A stretch of DNA of 63,398 bases, counting the filler, from Octopus bimaculoides (taxonomy: Eukaryota): NCBI RefSeq assembly GCF_001194135.2. It is 6 parts of 6 records of this genome, joined end to end, with 100 filler letters (N's around TTAATTAATTAA, not from the genome) between each part and the next. Parts side by side here need not be neighbours in the genome. Positions count along the whole stretch, not along the records: positions 6,732 to 30,413 come from NC_069003.1; positions 30,514 to 44,903 come from NC_068992.1; 4 more parts are not named here. One strand, written 5' to 3'. Below the pieces are notes generated by a model. That model searched no databases and was not told the origin of the DNA. It worked only from the letters and a program-made list of their open reading frames with translations. Position numbers and translations under genes: made by a program. Below are positions 28,261 through 42,044 of the stretch, in pieces. Numbering within the stretch: position 1 is the stretch's first letter; each line of letters begins with the position of its first letter.

Positions 28261-29551
28261 TTTAAAGCAATCACACACACAAAAAATTTTTTATTCAACC
28301 ATTTCACATGTCTATAAACCGGAAATATAAAATTCCCCGCCGTCCACTTCCGCTCCTTACCCCAACTCCGCAAGAGATGTCACTACACATTCCTATACAC
28401 TAACCGTATTTACGAAGTCTGAAAAAATGACCTCGTGGCATCTAGACTATGAACTGATTGTACAAAACTTAAGATATAATTCTTTAACAGTATCCACACG
28501 TACATGCATTACACACACACATGCATTACACACACACACACATACATAAATATAATAATGTGTGTGTGTGTACGTGTGTTACTAGACCTTGTATCTATTG
28601 TGCAATGGATGTCGTAGTCAAAGTGGCCTCGTCGAGATAGTCGTGTGACATTATATATATATATAAATATATACATAACAGTGTATGGTAATGTTTGCGT
28701 ACGCACGTGAATAGATCTGTGGACGTGCGTAAGCAAATGTCAGGAGTTAAAAGTTGTCTGAGTAATGCGAATAGGAGCAGGTGTATGGTAGCGAAGGAAC
28801 AATGTACTTACTTTATTCGATATGTCTGTGGGTGTATACGTAAATACATACATTTATATATATANNNNNNNNNNNNNNNNNNNNNNNNNNNNNNNNNNNN
28901 NNNNNNNNNNNNNNNNNNNNNNNNNNNNNNNNNNNNNNNNNNNNNNNNNNNNNNNNNNNNNNNNNNNNNNNNNNNNNNNNNNNNNNNNNNNNNNNNNNNN
29001 NNNNNNNNNNNNNNNNNNNNNNNNNNNNNNNNNNNNNNNNNNNNNNNNNNNNNNNNNNNNNNNNNNNNNNNNNNNNNNNNNNNNNNNNNNNNNNNNNNNN
29101 NNNNNNNNNNNNNNNNNNNNNNNNNNNNNNNNNNNNNNNNNNNNNNNNNNNNNNNNNNNNNNNNNNNNNNNNNNNNNNNNNNNNNNNNNNNNNNNNNNNN
29201 NNNNNNNNNNNNNNNNNNNNNNNNNNNNNNNNNNNNNNNNNNNNNNNNNNNNNNNNNNNNNNNNNNNNNNNNNNNNNNNNNNNNNNNNNNNNNNNNNNNN
29301 NNNNNNNNNNNNNNNNNCATTATTATTCCATTGAAATAAGCACATATTATATTAAGAGTTAGATGATAAGAATATAGAAATAGAAGAATATAAACGTAAA
29401 AAATAAAAACATTAAAACATATAAGGGGTACCATGAAAGTAGAAGATATATTAAAAGAGGCAATTGAAAGGATCAGTCCAAACCTACGGCCGTTTCAGAT
29501 AAGTTTTAAGGGGCTGTAGGAAATAGACCAAATTCAGCTCACTGTATAAAA

Positions 29552-29717
29552 AACATTTCCTTCCTGAGGGTTCCTTTCTCGTGGTAAAATCCAGTAAGGT
29601 ACTACATGGAGAAAGTTCAGTTTTTGTTTTGTCATCAGATGAACTTTCTCCCTGTAGTACCTTACTAGATTTTACTGTGTTTTACCACGAGAAAGGAACC
29701 CTGAGGAAGGAAATGTT
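29552..29717. repeat. Near-perfect inverted repeat (hairpin), ~68-bp arms, 20-nt loop
   Basis: aacatttccttcctgagggttcctttctcgtggtaaaatccagtaaggtactacatggagaaagttca versus its reverse complement at 29640-29717, with 3 mismatches and one 10-nt insertion. Confidence 0.85.
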
Positions 29718-30087
29718 GCGGAACTTATTTCTAGCAGGTCAAGTGATGTGCGTGAGTTGTCGTTGGTGGGTGTTCGGTTCCAGATTTTCTAGTGAGATAT
29801 ACAATTACAACAATGAAAGAGGAGGAGGAAGAGGAGGAGAAGGAAGAGAAAGAGACTCCTTCCACTTCTTTCCCTTAAGACTTTATTTCTCTCGCCCAAA
29901 ACCTCTTTACCGTGTTCTTCCCTCGCCAAACTGTTTATTTCATATGTTTTCTATTTGTGCGGCGATGCTGGCTCTTTAACATCGCCTTTATTAGATCACG
30001 GTAGCAATAGTTTTGAAATCTCCAACTGTCACCCAGCCTGAACATTTTGTCATGCTGTGCCACGCCTGGATTATGCTACTACTACTG

Positions 30088-30120
<33 letters not shown>

Positions 30121-30413
30121 GAGAATTTTCTCTACTTGTACTTGATTTATGTAGACCGTCCTAATTAAACAAAAATATTTGATGTGGCAACAAAATTAGA
30201 AAGTCATGCTAAAGATTTGGGGTTTTCGTAGAATTTCTTTGCGAAAAAACAATTGAATTTTCTTCATCATTGAAGTTTTACTTATATGTAGGTTTTTCCG
30301 TCGATCAAGCATCTGCACATTTGTGTCCATGCATGCGAGGTTCTTCTCTTCAGGTCTCTGATTTTTGTTCAAGAAAAAGACCGCCAACACGGGCCCATAC
30401 AGCTTGGCACCAT

Positions 30414-30513
30414 NNNNNNNNNNNNNNNNNNNNNNNNNNNNNNNNNNNNNNNNNNNNTTAATTAATTAANNNNNNNNNNNNNNNNNNNNNNNNNNNNNNN
30501 NNNNNNNNNNNNN
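30414..30513. other. Scaffold-join placeholder
   Basis: 44 N + TTAATTAATTAA + 44 N. Confidence 0.9.
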
Positions 30514-30562
<49 letters not shown>

Positions 30563-30685
30563 TATTATGAACACTAATTTTAATAGAGCACTAATAATTG
30601 GGGTAACATTTCTTATTTTACTTTCCTGTAAGTTTCTTCTGATGTTTGATTTTTTTTTTCTTTTGTTATTGCCATATTTTTTTAG

Positions 30686-33600
30686 TACCAGCTCCAATTA
30701 TACCACCCAGGAAATCGTCGTCTTCATTTTCTTCACGGAATACTCAAGAAAATGTCATACCAGATATACATTCTTGGGATATCTTTACAAGAGTTACTAT
30801 CAAAATCAATTGTGTTACTCAAGTGGAAATTTCGGATGGCAACAGAGTAAGTTATTCTTTTTAAAATTTTCCGATAAAAGATCAAAATTATTCAGTGATT
30901 CGCATTAGAAATTCTTTCTTTGATGTGCTTTTTCCAATTTTCTCTAATCAGGTAAAGGTAGTTGCAGGTCTCTATCTTGGTCACGATGTGTTGTGTGATG
31001 TGGTCTCAACAGACGAACAGACTCTATCCCAGCGGACCTGTGTCTGGAATTCAGAACTGACCTTTGACCACTTGGTCAGTGACCTCCCGGAGATGACCCG
31101 GATCTGTTTCATGTTGTATTCTGTTGGCACAGGGAAGAATAAGAGGAATAAGGTACAACAGTCATTCATTCATTCATTCGCTTTCTTTGTGTCATTCCTC
31201 CTCCTCTTCATTGAATTTTTCTTTCTTTTCTTTCATTCTTTTCTCTTTCTTCTTCATTTTCCTTTCACTTTTTCCTTTTTCTTTTTCTGTTTTTTTGTTT
31301 CATTTTACTCTTTCACTTTCTTGCCCATTTTCTTTCTTATTCTTTCTTTCTTCCTCCCTCCCGTTTCCTTTCTTTCTTTCCTTCTTCCCTCCCCCTTCCT
31401 CCCAATATTTCACCATATCATCAATACAATATATTTTTTTTTTACCATTTTTACTTCCTCATTTACTTACTGTTTTAATTAACATTTTTTCATTCTTACT
31501 ATTTGTCCTCTTTCTCTTTGCAATTTTTTCCATGATGATATTCCCAGGATGCAAATCCATTAGCTTGGGCAAACATCCCCTTGTTTGATTACAAATCTCG
31601 GCTTCGGTGTAACACCTGTGAACTGTTTATGTGGCCAATCCAAGATGATCTACAATTAGATGAACCTTGCTTTCCTATCGGTAAGTTCTCATTTTAACAC
31701 TTTAGTATTCACATTATTCTGCTGAAAGTAAGTTGTCGAGCTGGCAGGACTGTTAGCATGCTGGGCGAAGTGCTTAGCGGTATTGCGTCTGTCTTTTATG
31801 TTCTGAGTTCAAATTCCGCCAAGGTCAACTTTGCCTTTCATCCTTTCGGGGCCGATAAATTAAGTACCAGAAAGACTTATTAACTCAAAGTGAGCAATAA
31901 ATAAATAAATAACTATATAAAGAAGACAACTAAAATGTTAATGATGTTTGTGTTTTTTTTGTTTTTGTCTCTCATCCAGGAACTGTAACTCCAAATCCTG
32001 ACGGTAAGAAAGCTACAACCCTCCGTGTTTGTTTCTCAACGTATAACAGAGATAAGAGAATTGTATATCCACAAAAACAAGAGGTACCGTTTATCTTTTT
32101 ATTTTTATTTTCCTTGTTTCACTCGTTAGACTGCGGCCATGCTGGAGCACCGCCTTCAAGAATATTTAGTCGAAGGAATTGCCTCCCCCCCCCACCAGCA
32201 CCAGCAGTTATGTTTTTAAGCCTGGTGCCTATTCTATTGGACTTTTTGCTGAACCGCTAAGTTACAGGGTATGTTAACACATCAATGCCGATTGTCAAGC
32301 GGTACGAGGGGACTAACACAGAGGTATGCACACACACACACATATATATACTCATACACAAATGCAAACACTCAAACACATACACTCATACATAAACATA
32401 CACACACACACACTGGTTCAATTCTACTTCTTTTCTTTATTAATAGCCAAATGGTAAAATATCCTACAAATTTGTTTTGTTTTTGTTTGTCAAAGCTTTT
32501 TTGTTGCTTCTTGCAACATTTTCAATGACTATTGACTTAGTCTGTTAGAGAGGCAGTATTTGTTTGGGATTTATTGCATGCGTGTGTGTGCATGCCAGCA
32601 TGTACAAGTGCTTGTGTATATACATACGTATGTATGTACGTACGTATGTATGTATGTATGTTCTCTATGGAGAACTTGTGAATGGAATGAGACTCCGGCA
32701 GAAACGAAGGCTGCGCTTTAAGGACTGTGTCAAGTCCTCATTAAAGGCCTGTGATATGCAGGACACTGACTGGGAGAACAATGCCTGTCATCGCCACGGA
32801 TGGAGGAAGCAAGTTAAGGAGGGGATCGACACTTTTGAGAGAGCACGTATCCAGCATGAAGAACTTAAGCGAGCTGCACGAAAGCGCATGGCTCATATAG
32901 TGAATGGGGAAAGCTTAATCTGCAATGTTTGCAGTTGTGTATGCTTGTCAAGAGCAGGGCTCATTAGCCACCAACAGAGCTGCAAATGCAAAATATAAGT
33001 TAGTCCTAGAGCGCACAATGTTCCTGAAGGTCGGCAATGGTCTTCCTCGGTCATGAGTGGACGGCCATCATGTATTAGTTAGTTGGGTATTTAACGAATT
33101 GGCTAATGAAGAAAAAGGAGTGGAATTGAATCAGTGTGTGTGTTAATTATATTGGCATAATGACTCTCCCTGGACGCAACAAAATCTGTTTCAACACACG
33201 AATTCACATAAACAACCTTGCAAGCCAGATACAAAAATGAAGTAGAATTCTCCGTGAATTAAAGACAATTGAGTTTAATTTTCGAGAGGGTTTGAAGAAT
33301 TATGTATACTGCTTATAATAGTGAAAGTGGTGTCCTCCTTATCTTGATTATTGCTTTTACTACATTTTAATTATTGTATGCTCCAGACTTCTTCAGGTGT
33401 CTTGTGTTGAACTCTGTTGTTGTATCAGAATTTCAAACCTAGCCCTTTACTTGATCTGTGGTGGTACACTATTCTCATTCGACTCTCTGCGTTTCATGAC
33501 ACCTTTTGCTTCAGTCAATGTTTTATGAATAACCTTAATGCTATACTTGGGATTGAATTCAAAACCTCTACATGGCTGCATTGCATTAATCAACATCTTT

Positions 33601-36600
33601 ATCTACTACTGTGGTTAGAGCGTCGAGCTTACGGTCGTGAGGTTCAGAGTTTGATTCTCGGACTGGGCTGCGTGTTGTGTTCTTGAGCAAGACACTTTAT
33701 TTCACGTTGCTCCAGTTAACTCAGCTGTAGAAATGAGTTGCGACATCACTGGTGCCAAGCTGTATCGGCCTTTGCTTTTCCCTTGGATAACATCAGTGGT
33801 GTGGAGAGGGGTGGCTGGTATGCATGAGCAATTGCTGGCCTTCCATAAAACAATCTTGCCCGGACTTGTACCTCAGAGGGTAACTTTCTAGGTGCAATCC
33901 CATGGTCATTCATCAGACCTCATATGTGTCTTTTTTTTTTTTTTCAGTACAGTCAAATTAAGTGGAGCAATTAGTTAATCATTAGATAGTGGTATTAAAA
34001 GCTTTGCTCAAGGATGTTTGGGAAAATGTGTCATGTGACAACTGTTGAAATCTGAGCTTTTGATATCATGTGATCCAGCTCATTTACTATATTGCTAAAA
34101 TCTTATATTACAGTTGGTAAATAACAGCATTGTTGGTTATGCAGTTTTTAAGTAAGTCAAGCCAATCTCTGGTGACTGCATTTCTGACAGGGAATGTGTC
34201 TAACTCACTACAGAACAAATATCTAAGAGATTTTTGCATTTTGTTTTTTAAGAAAGAAAACTCTGCTTCCAATGATTAATGTAACAAAAGTGTCTTTTAA
34301 TGTTATTTTTTATTTACAGATTTTAGGTAAAGCTGCTGAAAATATGGAGCCTGTTGGTTCATTTGGATCTCCAGTAAGTCTGTCATTTCTCTGTTCACAT
34401 TTATTTCTATTTATTATTATCATTATTATTATTATTATTATTATTATTACCTCTTCCTTAGTGAAGGTGGAAGTATTGTTTTCAGTTGTGTTTGTTTGTT
34501 TGTTTGTCTGTGGACAAGATATTTCAAGAGCCGCTGGATGGATTTGGATGAAGCTTTCAGGGATGTTTGACCTTGTGACTGGCACGAACTGATTAGATTT
34601 AGGATCAGTCTGGTACCGGACAAGGATTCTGAATTTTTTTTTCTTGAGGTCTGTTAAGTGAGAAAACTATTAGTCCCTTGTTTAATATAAAGAATAAAAA
34701 GTGTCAGTTTGGTATAAGTGTTCTTAATATGGGATGTTATAAATTAAATGTGAAAAATGCTTTCATTTTTAAAAAAGTTTTTTGTTTTAAAATTATGTCT
34801 TTGATAGATGTGGAGGCCTAACAAGATCGTAATTGACCAAGTACGGAAAATCATCGAAGAAGGAAATGCTCTCTTTGAACAGGATAAAGAACTTCTGTGG
34901 CGATTGCGTCACGAAATCAAACATCGGTTTCCCAATTCTCTACCTTTGCTGCTGTCATCTGTAAAATGGAATAACAAAATTGATCTTTCAAAGGTAAGAT
35001 AGAAAAAGAAAAAAAAATTATTTTCAAAGAGGAAGAAAGATTTTCAGAGATATGATCAAAATTGATTAACTCCCCCACCCCCCAAAAAACTCCCACCAAT
35101 AAATGTTGGTAGATGACAGAACTGGTTGAGTATAATGCTTGATTGTATTTCTTTATGTTCTGAGTTCAAATTCTGTCTGGGCCAACATTCTCTTTCATTG
35201 CTCTGAAGTCAATAAACCTTGTTCAGATCAGATATCATTTTGGTTTCCAAGCCAACAAGGCAGCTAATCCTGTTGGATATGAAACATGGATCTGTGTACA
35301 AGCAGCATAATAAATGGAATGTTTAGTGTGTCTGTTATATTTCCCGATATAAGTCATAAGAAGAACTGTTTGTTGCCTAACATTGCTTCCTTGATCCACC
35401 TTCTTTCAGTTAATCTAACCCCCAGGGTCTGATATTCTGTAAAACTGAGAGGCAACCACCCATATCAGGGTACTTCTTATATATATATGGATTGGTACTG
35501 CTGTGTCCCACATTCTATCAACTCTGGCCTACCCTAGTGTTCACTTTTCTCCCTTCATTCCTTTTCCGCTATTCATTTCTCCCTTCATTCCTTTTCTTGC
35601 TATTATGTTCATCAGTTTCCATTATCAATTAGTTAATTAATTCATTTGTTTGATTGTTTCAGATGCAAGCATTATTAATGAGTTGGCCAAAACTAAACTG
35701 TGAACACAGTTTAGGTTTACTTGATTTTGCATATGCTGACAGAGTTGTGAGAGAATTTGCTGTGAGTTGTCTTCAAGAACTGCCGTAAGTTAAAATTTCT
35801 AATATCATTTCAGATTTTAGGAGTGATTCTAAATGAATTTTCTAGTCTAAAACATTTTTTCTTCTTTTTTTTACTGGCACTCTGTCAGTTCTGATGATGA
35901 GGGTTCCATTTGAGCCGATCAACAGAAAAGCCCTGTCTGTCTGCGTGTACGCATTCATACCAGTACACTCTGTGGAGTGGTTGGTATTAGGAAGGGCATG
36001 CAGCCATAGAAACCAAGACAAAACAGACTGGAGCCTGGTATAGCTTTCTGGCTTACCATCTCCAGTCAAACTGTCCAACTCATGTCAGCATGGAAAATAG
36101 CTGCTAAATGATGAGGATGGTAAAGAAGAAGAAGAAGATGAAGAAATGTATTATGTTGTGTACTAGTTTATTGAAGCTTTATTTTTCTTCATTGAAAGCA
36201 TTAAAAAATAGTCTTAAGCTAGCTTCAAGCTAATGGAATTTTGGTATTAAACACACTTTGCCTTCCTATTAGTTAATCAAGGGTTTATTGTAGATATCGC
36301 TTTTGAAATAATTTTTACTTCTCATTTATATTTTTTATATATATATATATATATATTCATATCTTTATTCTCTAGAGATGATGAAATCATGCAGTATCTG
36401 CTACAATTAGTACAGATACTGAAGTATGAAAGTTATTTATATTGTCCAGTCGTTGAGCTGCTGTTAAGCCGAGCTTTACGAAACCGGTGTTTTGGACATA
36501 GATTTTTCTGGCTTCTCAAGTAAGTCTTTTGTGCTTCTTTATTTTGTTTCATTTCTGCATGTGTTCATTTGTGTCCGTGTATGTATGTATATGGGTGTAT

Positions 36601-36800
36601 GTATATAGCATATGTGTGTATGTCATCATCATCATCATCATCATCGTTTAACGTCCGCTTTCCATGCTAGCATGGGTTGGACGATTTGACTGAGGACTGG
36701 TGAACCAGATGGCTACACCAGGCTTCAATCTGATTTGGCAGAGTTTCTACAGCTGGATGCTCTTCCTAACACCAACCACTCCAAGAGTGTAGTGGGTGTA

Positions 36801-36861
<61 letters not shown>

Positions 36862-37197
36862 TGGAGAATCCTAGAAAATCCAGGCCCCTACATAAATGGG
36901 ATCAAGCATTGTAAACTGTGCATAGGAACAGGCAAGGATACAAAAGGATTCCCTTGACCTGGGGAATATCCTCAACTCCAGAACAGAGGTCTTCAGACCA
37001 TGCTTGCACTTCAGGAAATTCATGCTGGCTTACTGGGATCCACACGATACCAAGGTCATTCTCGAGAGGCCATAAGCCAACAGGTTTGGGATCTGACGAT
37101 ACACTGTAAAGCTAAGCATTGTATAGATGTGAAACCCAGGGTAATCCCATAAATCGGCCTTATCTAACTTTATCTATCTATCTATTTGTATATACAT

Positions 37198-37228
<31 letters not shown>

Positions 37229-40200
37229 CACACATATATATACATTAATGTTGGTTTTTATGTTCAGTTATAATAAAAACAATTTTATATTAATCTGATG
37301 AGTTGGCTTAGCTGGCTGGAACTTTGAAAGCACTGTCAACAATATTCTTGTATAAGAATAATTGGTAATCTGTCTGTTACAAGAATGAGGGTTCCAGTTG
37401 AGAAATCAATGGAACAGCCTACTTGTGAAACCAACATGCATGTGGCTGAGTACTCCACAGCACACACATGTTTACCCTTAATATAGTTCTCAGGAAGATT
37501 CAGTGTGACAAGGCTGGTCCTTTGAATTACAGGTATGAGTCAATTTTGCCAGCTGGGAGGACTGGAGTAACGTGAAATAAAGTGTCTTGCTCAAGGACAA
37601 AATGTGTCATGAAATAGAAGCGCTGTACTTAAAATAGAAAAAAAGAATGGTTTGCATCAGGAAGAGCATCTGCCTGCAGAATACTGTCTCAGCCAATCTC
37701 ATCTAGCATGCCAGCATGGAAAGAGAAGACTTTAAAACATTGTGATGCATGCTAAAGACTAGGGTTCCATCTTCAGGACTGGAAAATATTTGATCTCTGA
37801 ACATGGAATAACCATTAATGCACTGACATACTGTCGGTCTCTATCTTCTCTATCTATTTCAATAGTCTTTGTTCTCTTTTAAACATTTAAACTATCAATC
37901 CATATATGTCTCCATGCCTCTAGATGCATTCCCCCCTTTCCTTCTCATCGCCATTCCTACTGTGACCCTCCCCAACAAGATTGTATACTGAACACTTTCT
38001 TTTTCCTAACCCATCTTCTCTAGAAATGCCACCCTTTAAAACCGTCTCTCCTCCTGTAGTGAGCTGAAGAGGCTTGTGCTTGATTATCAATCACCTCAGT
38101 CTGACTAGTCAGGATGTTACAATCGGGGCTCTGAGCACTGTCTCATGTTTTCAGATGAACTTACTGATAAAAATGTTAAATCCCCCCTTGTTTTATATAT
38201 GAATTAAGAAACATGTTTTCTATAGTGATGCATAAATACTAACTTGTATTGTTTCATAGAATATTTGTATATGGATTTGTTATATATAATTATTTTCTCC
38301 TTTTTAAAAAACAAAACAAACATCCCCATGGAAACCATTTAGGTCGGAAATGCATGAATGCCAAGTAAATGTAAGGTTTGGTCTCATACTGGAAGTCTAC
38401 TGTAAATCTTGTGCTGATCACACGAAGGACTTGATACGTCAAAATGAAGCTTTGTTGAAGATTAACTCAGCCAATATGCTTATCAAGAACACAACGTTGA
38501 ACATTGGTGACAAGGTATGTAGTTGCTTACTTCTAAACCCCATCCCCCATGCACACTTTAGTAACAAACTGGGAGAATGAGTATTCAGCACCAGAAATAA
38601 ACAATTTTTTGTATAAACAGTTTTTTAATGTAAACTTTTGTTAATTTTCTGGCACCTGAGGTTTCATGTTGATAGAGATCAGCATATTTACAAATTGAGT
38701 TTGAAAACACAAACAAAGCTTTGAAAGTTAGCTATAATGATAGCTGTCCACAGGCACATGTACTCTTAATATAATTCTCAGGTCAGAAATAGAGTCCAGA
38801 AAGATGTACTTTTGAAAATTGAAGGATTTGGTAAATGTTTGCAATAAGTGAAGTGAGTATAAGTGACACAGATTAAAGTCAGATATATGTGTATCAGTGG
38901 CGTTGATTTAAGAAAATTTGAGGAATACGTGTGAATCAATTGGAGGAGATTTGTATATCAGTTTTCTTTTCTTTATCATTAAATTTATTTTTGTTTCTAT
39001 TTTACAGAAAGTAAAAGACACACTTCTGAAAGATTTCCAGGCAGTTCTCAGTCAGAAAGCATACATGGAGGCTCTCAACGAACTTCATAGTCCATTAAAC
39101 CCCTTGTGGAAAATGAATAAATTAATGTAAGTTTAATTTAGAAAATAGATTGATTACTCATTTTCTTGTTAATTAAATTAGATCTACAATTGAGGATTTC
39201 TGGCACCTCCTCAGAGCACAAATTACAGCTACTGCCATCCCTTCTGTAAGTGAAACTACAAACTCCACAAAATAGAGTAATCTATATTTCTCCCTTTGAG
39301 ATCCCAGATGATCTTAGCCTGTGAAATGCTGTTTTGGGACATATTTTAGAAGCATGTAGGTGATCCCATGCAGAATATATCTGCTAAAATAACCAAATAC
39401 TGAGCAGTATTTTCAGTGCATCAAAACAGGCATGCAGCATGGACAGTTTGAGGAGAATTGACAGCAATACTTAATCATTTTCGTCCTTGTTCTTCCCAGA
39501 ATTCTCTGATGCTCTATGTTCATTACCCATGTCTCACTCCCATAAATCGTAGCACTTCTCATACAAGCAGTATATTCCTTTCCCCTCAGTTTCAGTGACA
39601 TTCTCCTCCTCATTAACATACCATTCAGTTCCTGGATTGTATGCTAACTAGGGAGTGTCCTCCATACCCATCTCATTCTAGCCTCCGTCACCTAGTCCGA
39701 TCCACTTTCTCCATGCAGAATATCTCCTAGGTCAGGGGTTTTCAAACTGTGGTCCGCAGACCACAGGGGGTCCGCAAGGACAAGACAGGGTGTCCGTGGA
39801 CAGCAAATACTTTTAATGGGCAATTTGACTTTATATATGTTTTTTAATCGAAATCTTTTAATTGACAATAAACCTATTTGTTCAATACTGTTAAATAAAT
39901 AAATGTAAAAATATATGTTATTTTAAGCAAATATTTATGTATAAATTTCATAAGCATTTATAAGGGGGTCCCTAAGGTAAAGCCTGAAATATAAAGGGGT
40001 CCGCAAGTCAAAAAGTTTGAAAACCCCTGTCCTAGGTAACAAAATGTTTCTACAGCTTTCGTTTTCATACCTCAACATTTTCTCCATCTGAATCTCCTGC
40101 CATACGCATCTTGTACTTAGATGTAACTGACCCATTGGTTAATAACCCTCTCACCCACGACATTTTGATGTACTCAGCCAGTTCTTATTGTACTTTTAAC

Positions 40201-42006
40201 CCTTTTGTTACTATATTTCTGTTGAAACACACTGTCTTTATTACAGTTAATTTTGAAATTTCATGAAGAATTTAGTAAAGTTACCTTGTCATTATTACGT
40301 ATGTTGGCACTCCGTCGGTTACGACAACGAGGGTTCCAGTTGATCCGATCAACGGAACAGCCTGCTTGTGAAATCAACGTGCAAGTGGCTGAGCACTCCA
40401 CAGACACGTGTACCCTTAACGTAGTTCTTGGGGAGATTCAGCGTGACACAGTGTGACAAGGCTGACCCTTTGAATTACAGGCACAACACAAACAGGAAGT
40501 AAGAGTAAGAGAAAGTTGTGGTGAAAGAGTACAGCAGGGTTTGCCACCATCTCCTGCCGGAGCTTCGTGGAACTTTAGGCTTTTTCGCTCAATAAACACT
40601 CTTATGACCGCGAGTCCGCTGCCCTAACCACTGGGCCATTGCACATCCACTGTCATTATTAAGTTGGTGTTTGGAACATTTATCAGAATGAAATTTCGAT
40701 GGAAAGTTTTAATTTATTTCATTCTGTTCTTTTGGTTTGCAAGCTTCTTGATGTGAACTGATGTGTTGAAATATTTTGTATCTTGGTGGGTGGGTGAGTC
40801 ATCATGCTAATGATAAAAACACACAATGGTTCTATTTCACTTCTTTACTTTCATTTGTTAATTGGTTAACCAATTAACTCGTTGATTGTTTGATTAATCA
40901 TTCAATTGATCAATTAACCAGCTAACTTCATCAAAGTCCTTTTGCTGTCATTTTGTGACCTTATTAATGACATGCTCTCTCTACTGTAATTCTTGCTTCA
41001 GATCTGCTTGTCTCCTAGTTTACAGTATTTACAGTATTTACATTTGACGGATATTAGTCCTCATCTTGTTTGTTGTTAACACAACGTTTCGGCTGATATA
41101 TCCTCCAGCCTTCGTCAGGTGTCTTGGGGAAATTTCGAACCTGGGTTCTCATTCCTAACGATGTTACTATTATTATTATATTATTATTCAGGTCGCTGCC
41201 GTTCGATTCGCTGCCGTGAATCGAACTCGGACTCTTGGGGTTCGTAGCCCACGCTCTTAACCACTACGCCATATGCCCGTGGGCAATTATGGAGTGAATT
41301 TTAGGGCTTATAAATCTATTATTTCTTTATCCTTCCTCTATCCTCTTAAATATAGAACTGTATTATCCTAGTTTACAGGTTCTGTATTTATATTTATATG
41401 GATGTGAGTGACAACACATGTGTAAAAGAGGGATGGGAGTTCAAGCATGAAATATGTATCATAAATCCAGGGTGGTCTCTAGCAGGTCAGTACCCTAAGG
41501 GTTAATGAAGATTACTTTTGTACTTCCTTTACACTTTCTTTGTATTTCTCGTACTTTGTATGCATGTATTAATAATTATCTTTTCCTACTTTATGAAACA
41601 GAATTGATGAATGCAAATTTTTAGATTCCAAAAAACGTCCAGTATGGCTAGTGTGGCGAAACGAAGAAGCTTGCCAAAGTAATGAGAAATTCTCTATTAT
41701 ATACAAGAACGGTGATGGTAAGGAATTCTGTTATTGTTACTTGAAAATCTCTGTTTTTCCAATAATATAGCTGCTTCTTTTGCTCTCTCATCCTCGATGT
41801 GTAGGGACACCGTATTTCGTTATGCAACCATAATATACTATAAAGTATATAAAACGTTCTTATATAGGTGCAGGAGTGGCTGTGTGGTAAGAAGCTTGCA
41901 TCCTAGCCACATGGTTCTGGGTTCAGTCCCCACTGTGTGGCACCTTAGGCAAGTGTCTTTTACTATAGCCTCAAGCTGACCAAATAAATGGAAACTGCAC
42001 GAAGCC

Positions 42007-42044
<38 letters not shown>

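Noticed and set aside
29318-29434. Hydrophobic minus-strand ORF upstream of the vWA exon as an alternative signal peptide
   Set aside because: T-rich composition alone yields F/I/L/Y runs, and no donor is visible before the gap.
29625-29640. CUGAUGA in the loop of the 29.6-kb hairpin (minus strand)
   Set aside because: No GAAA box or stem II; likely chance.
41218-41278. tRNA-like sequences here and in other SINE heads
   Set aside because: A and B boxes are present but there is no complete cloverleaf acceptor stem; these are SINE heads, not tRNA genes.
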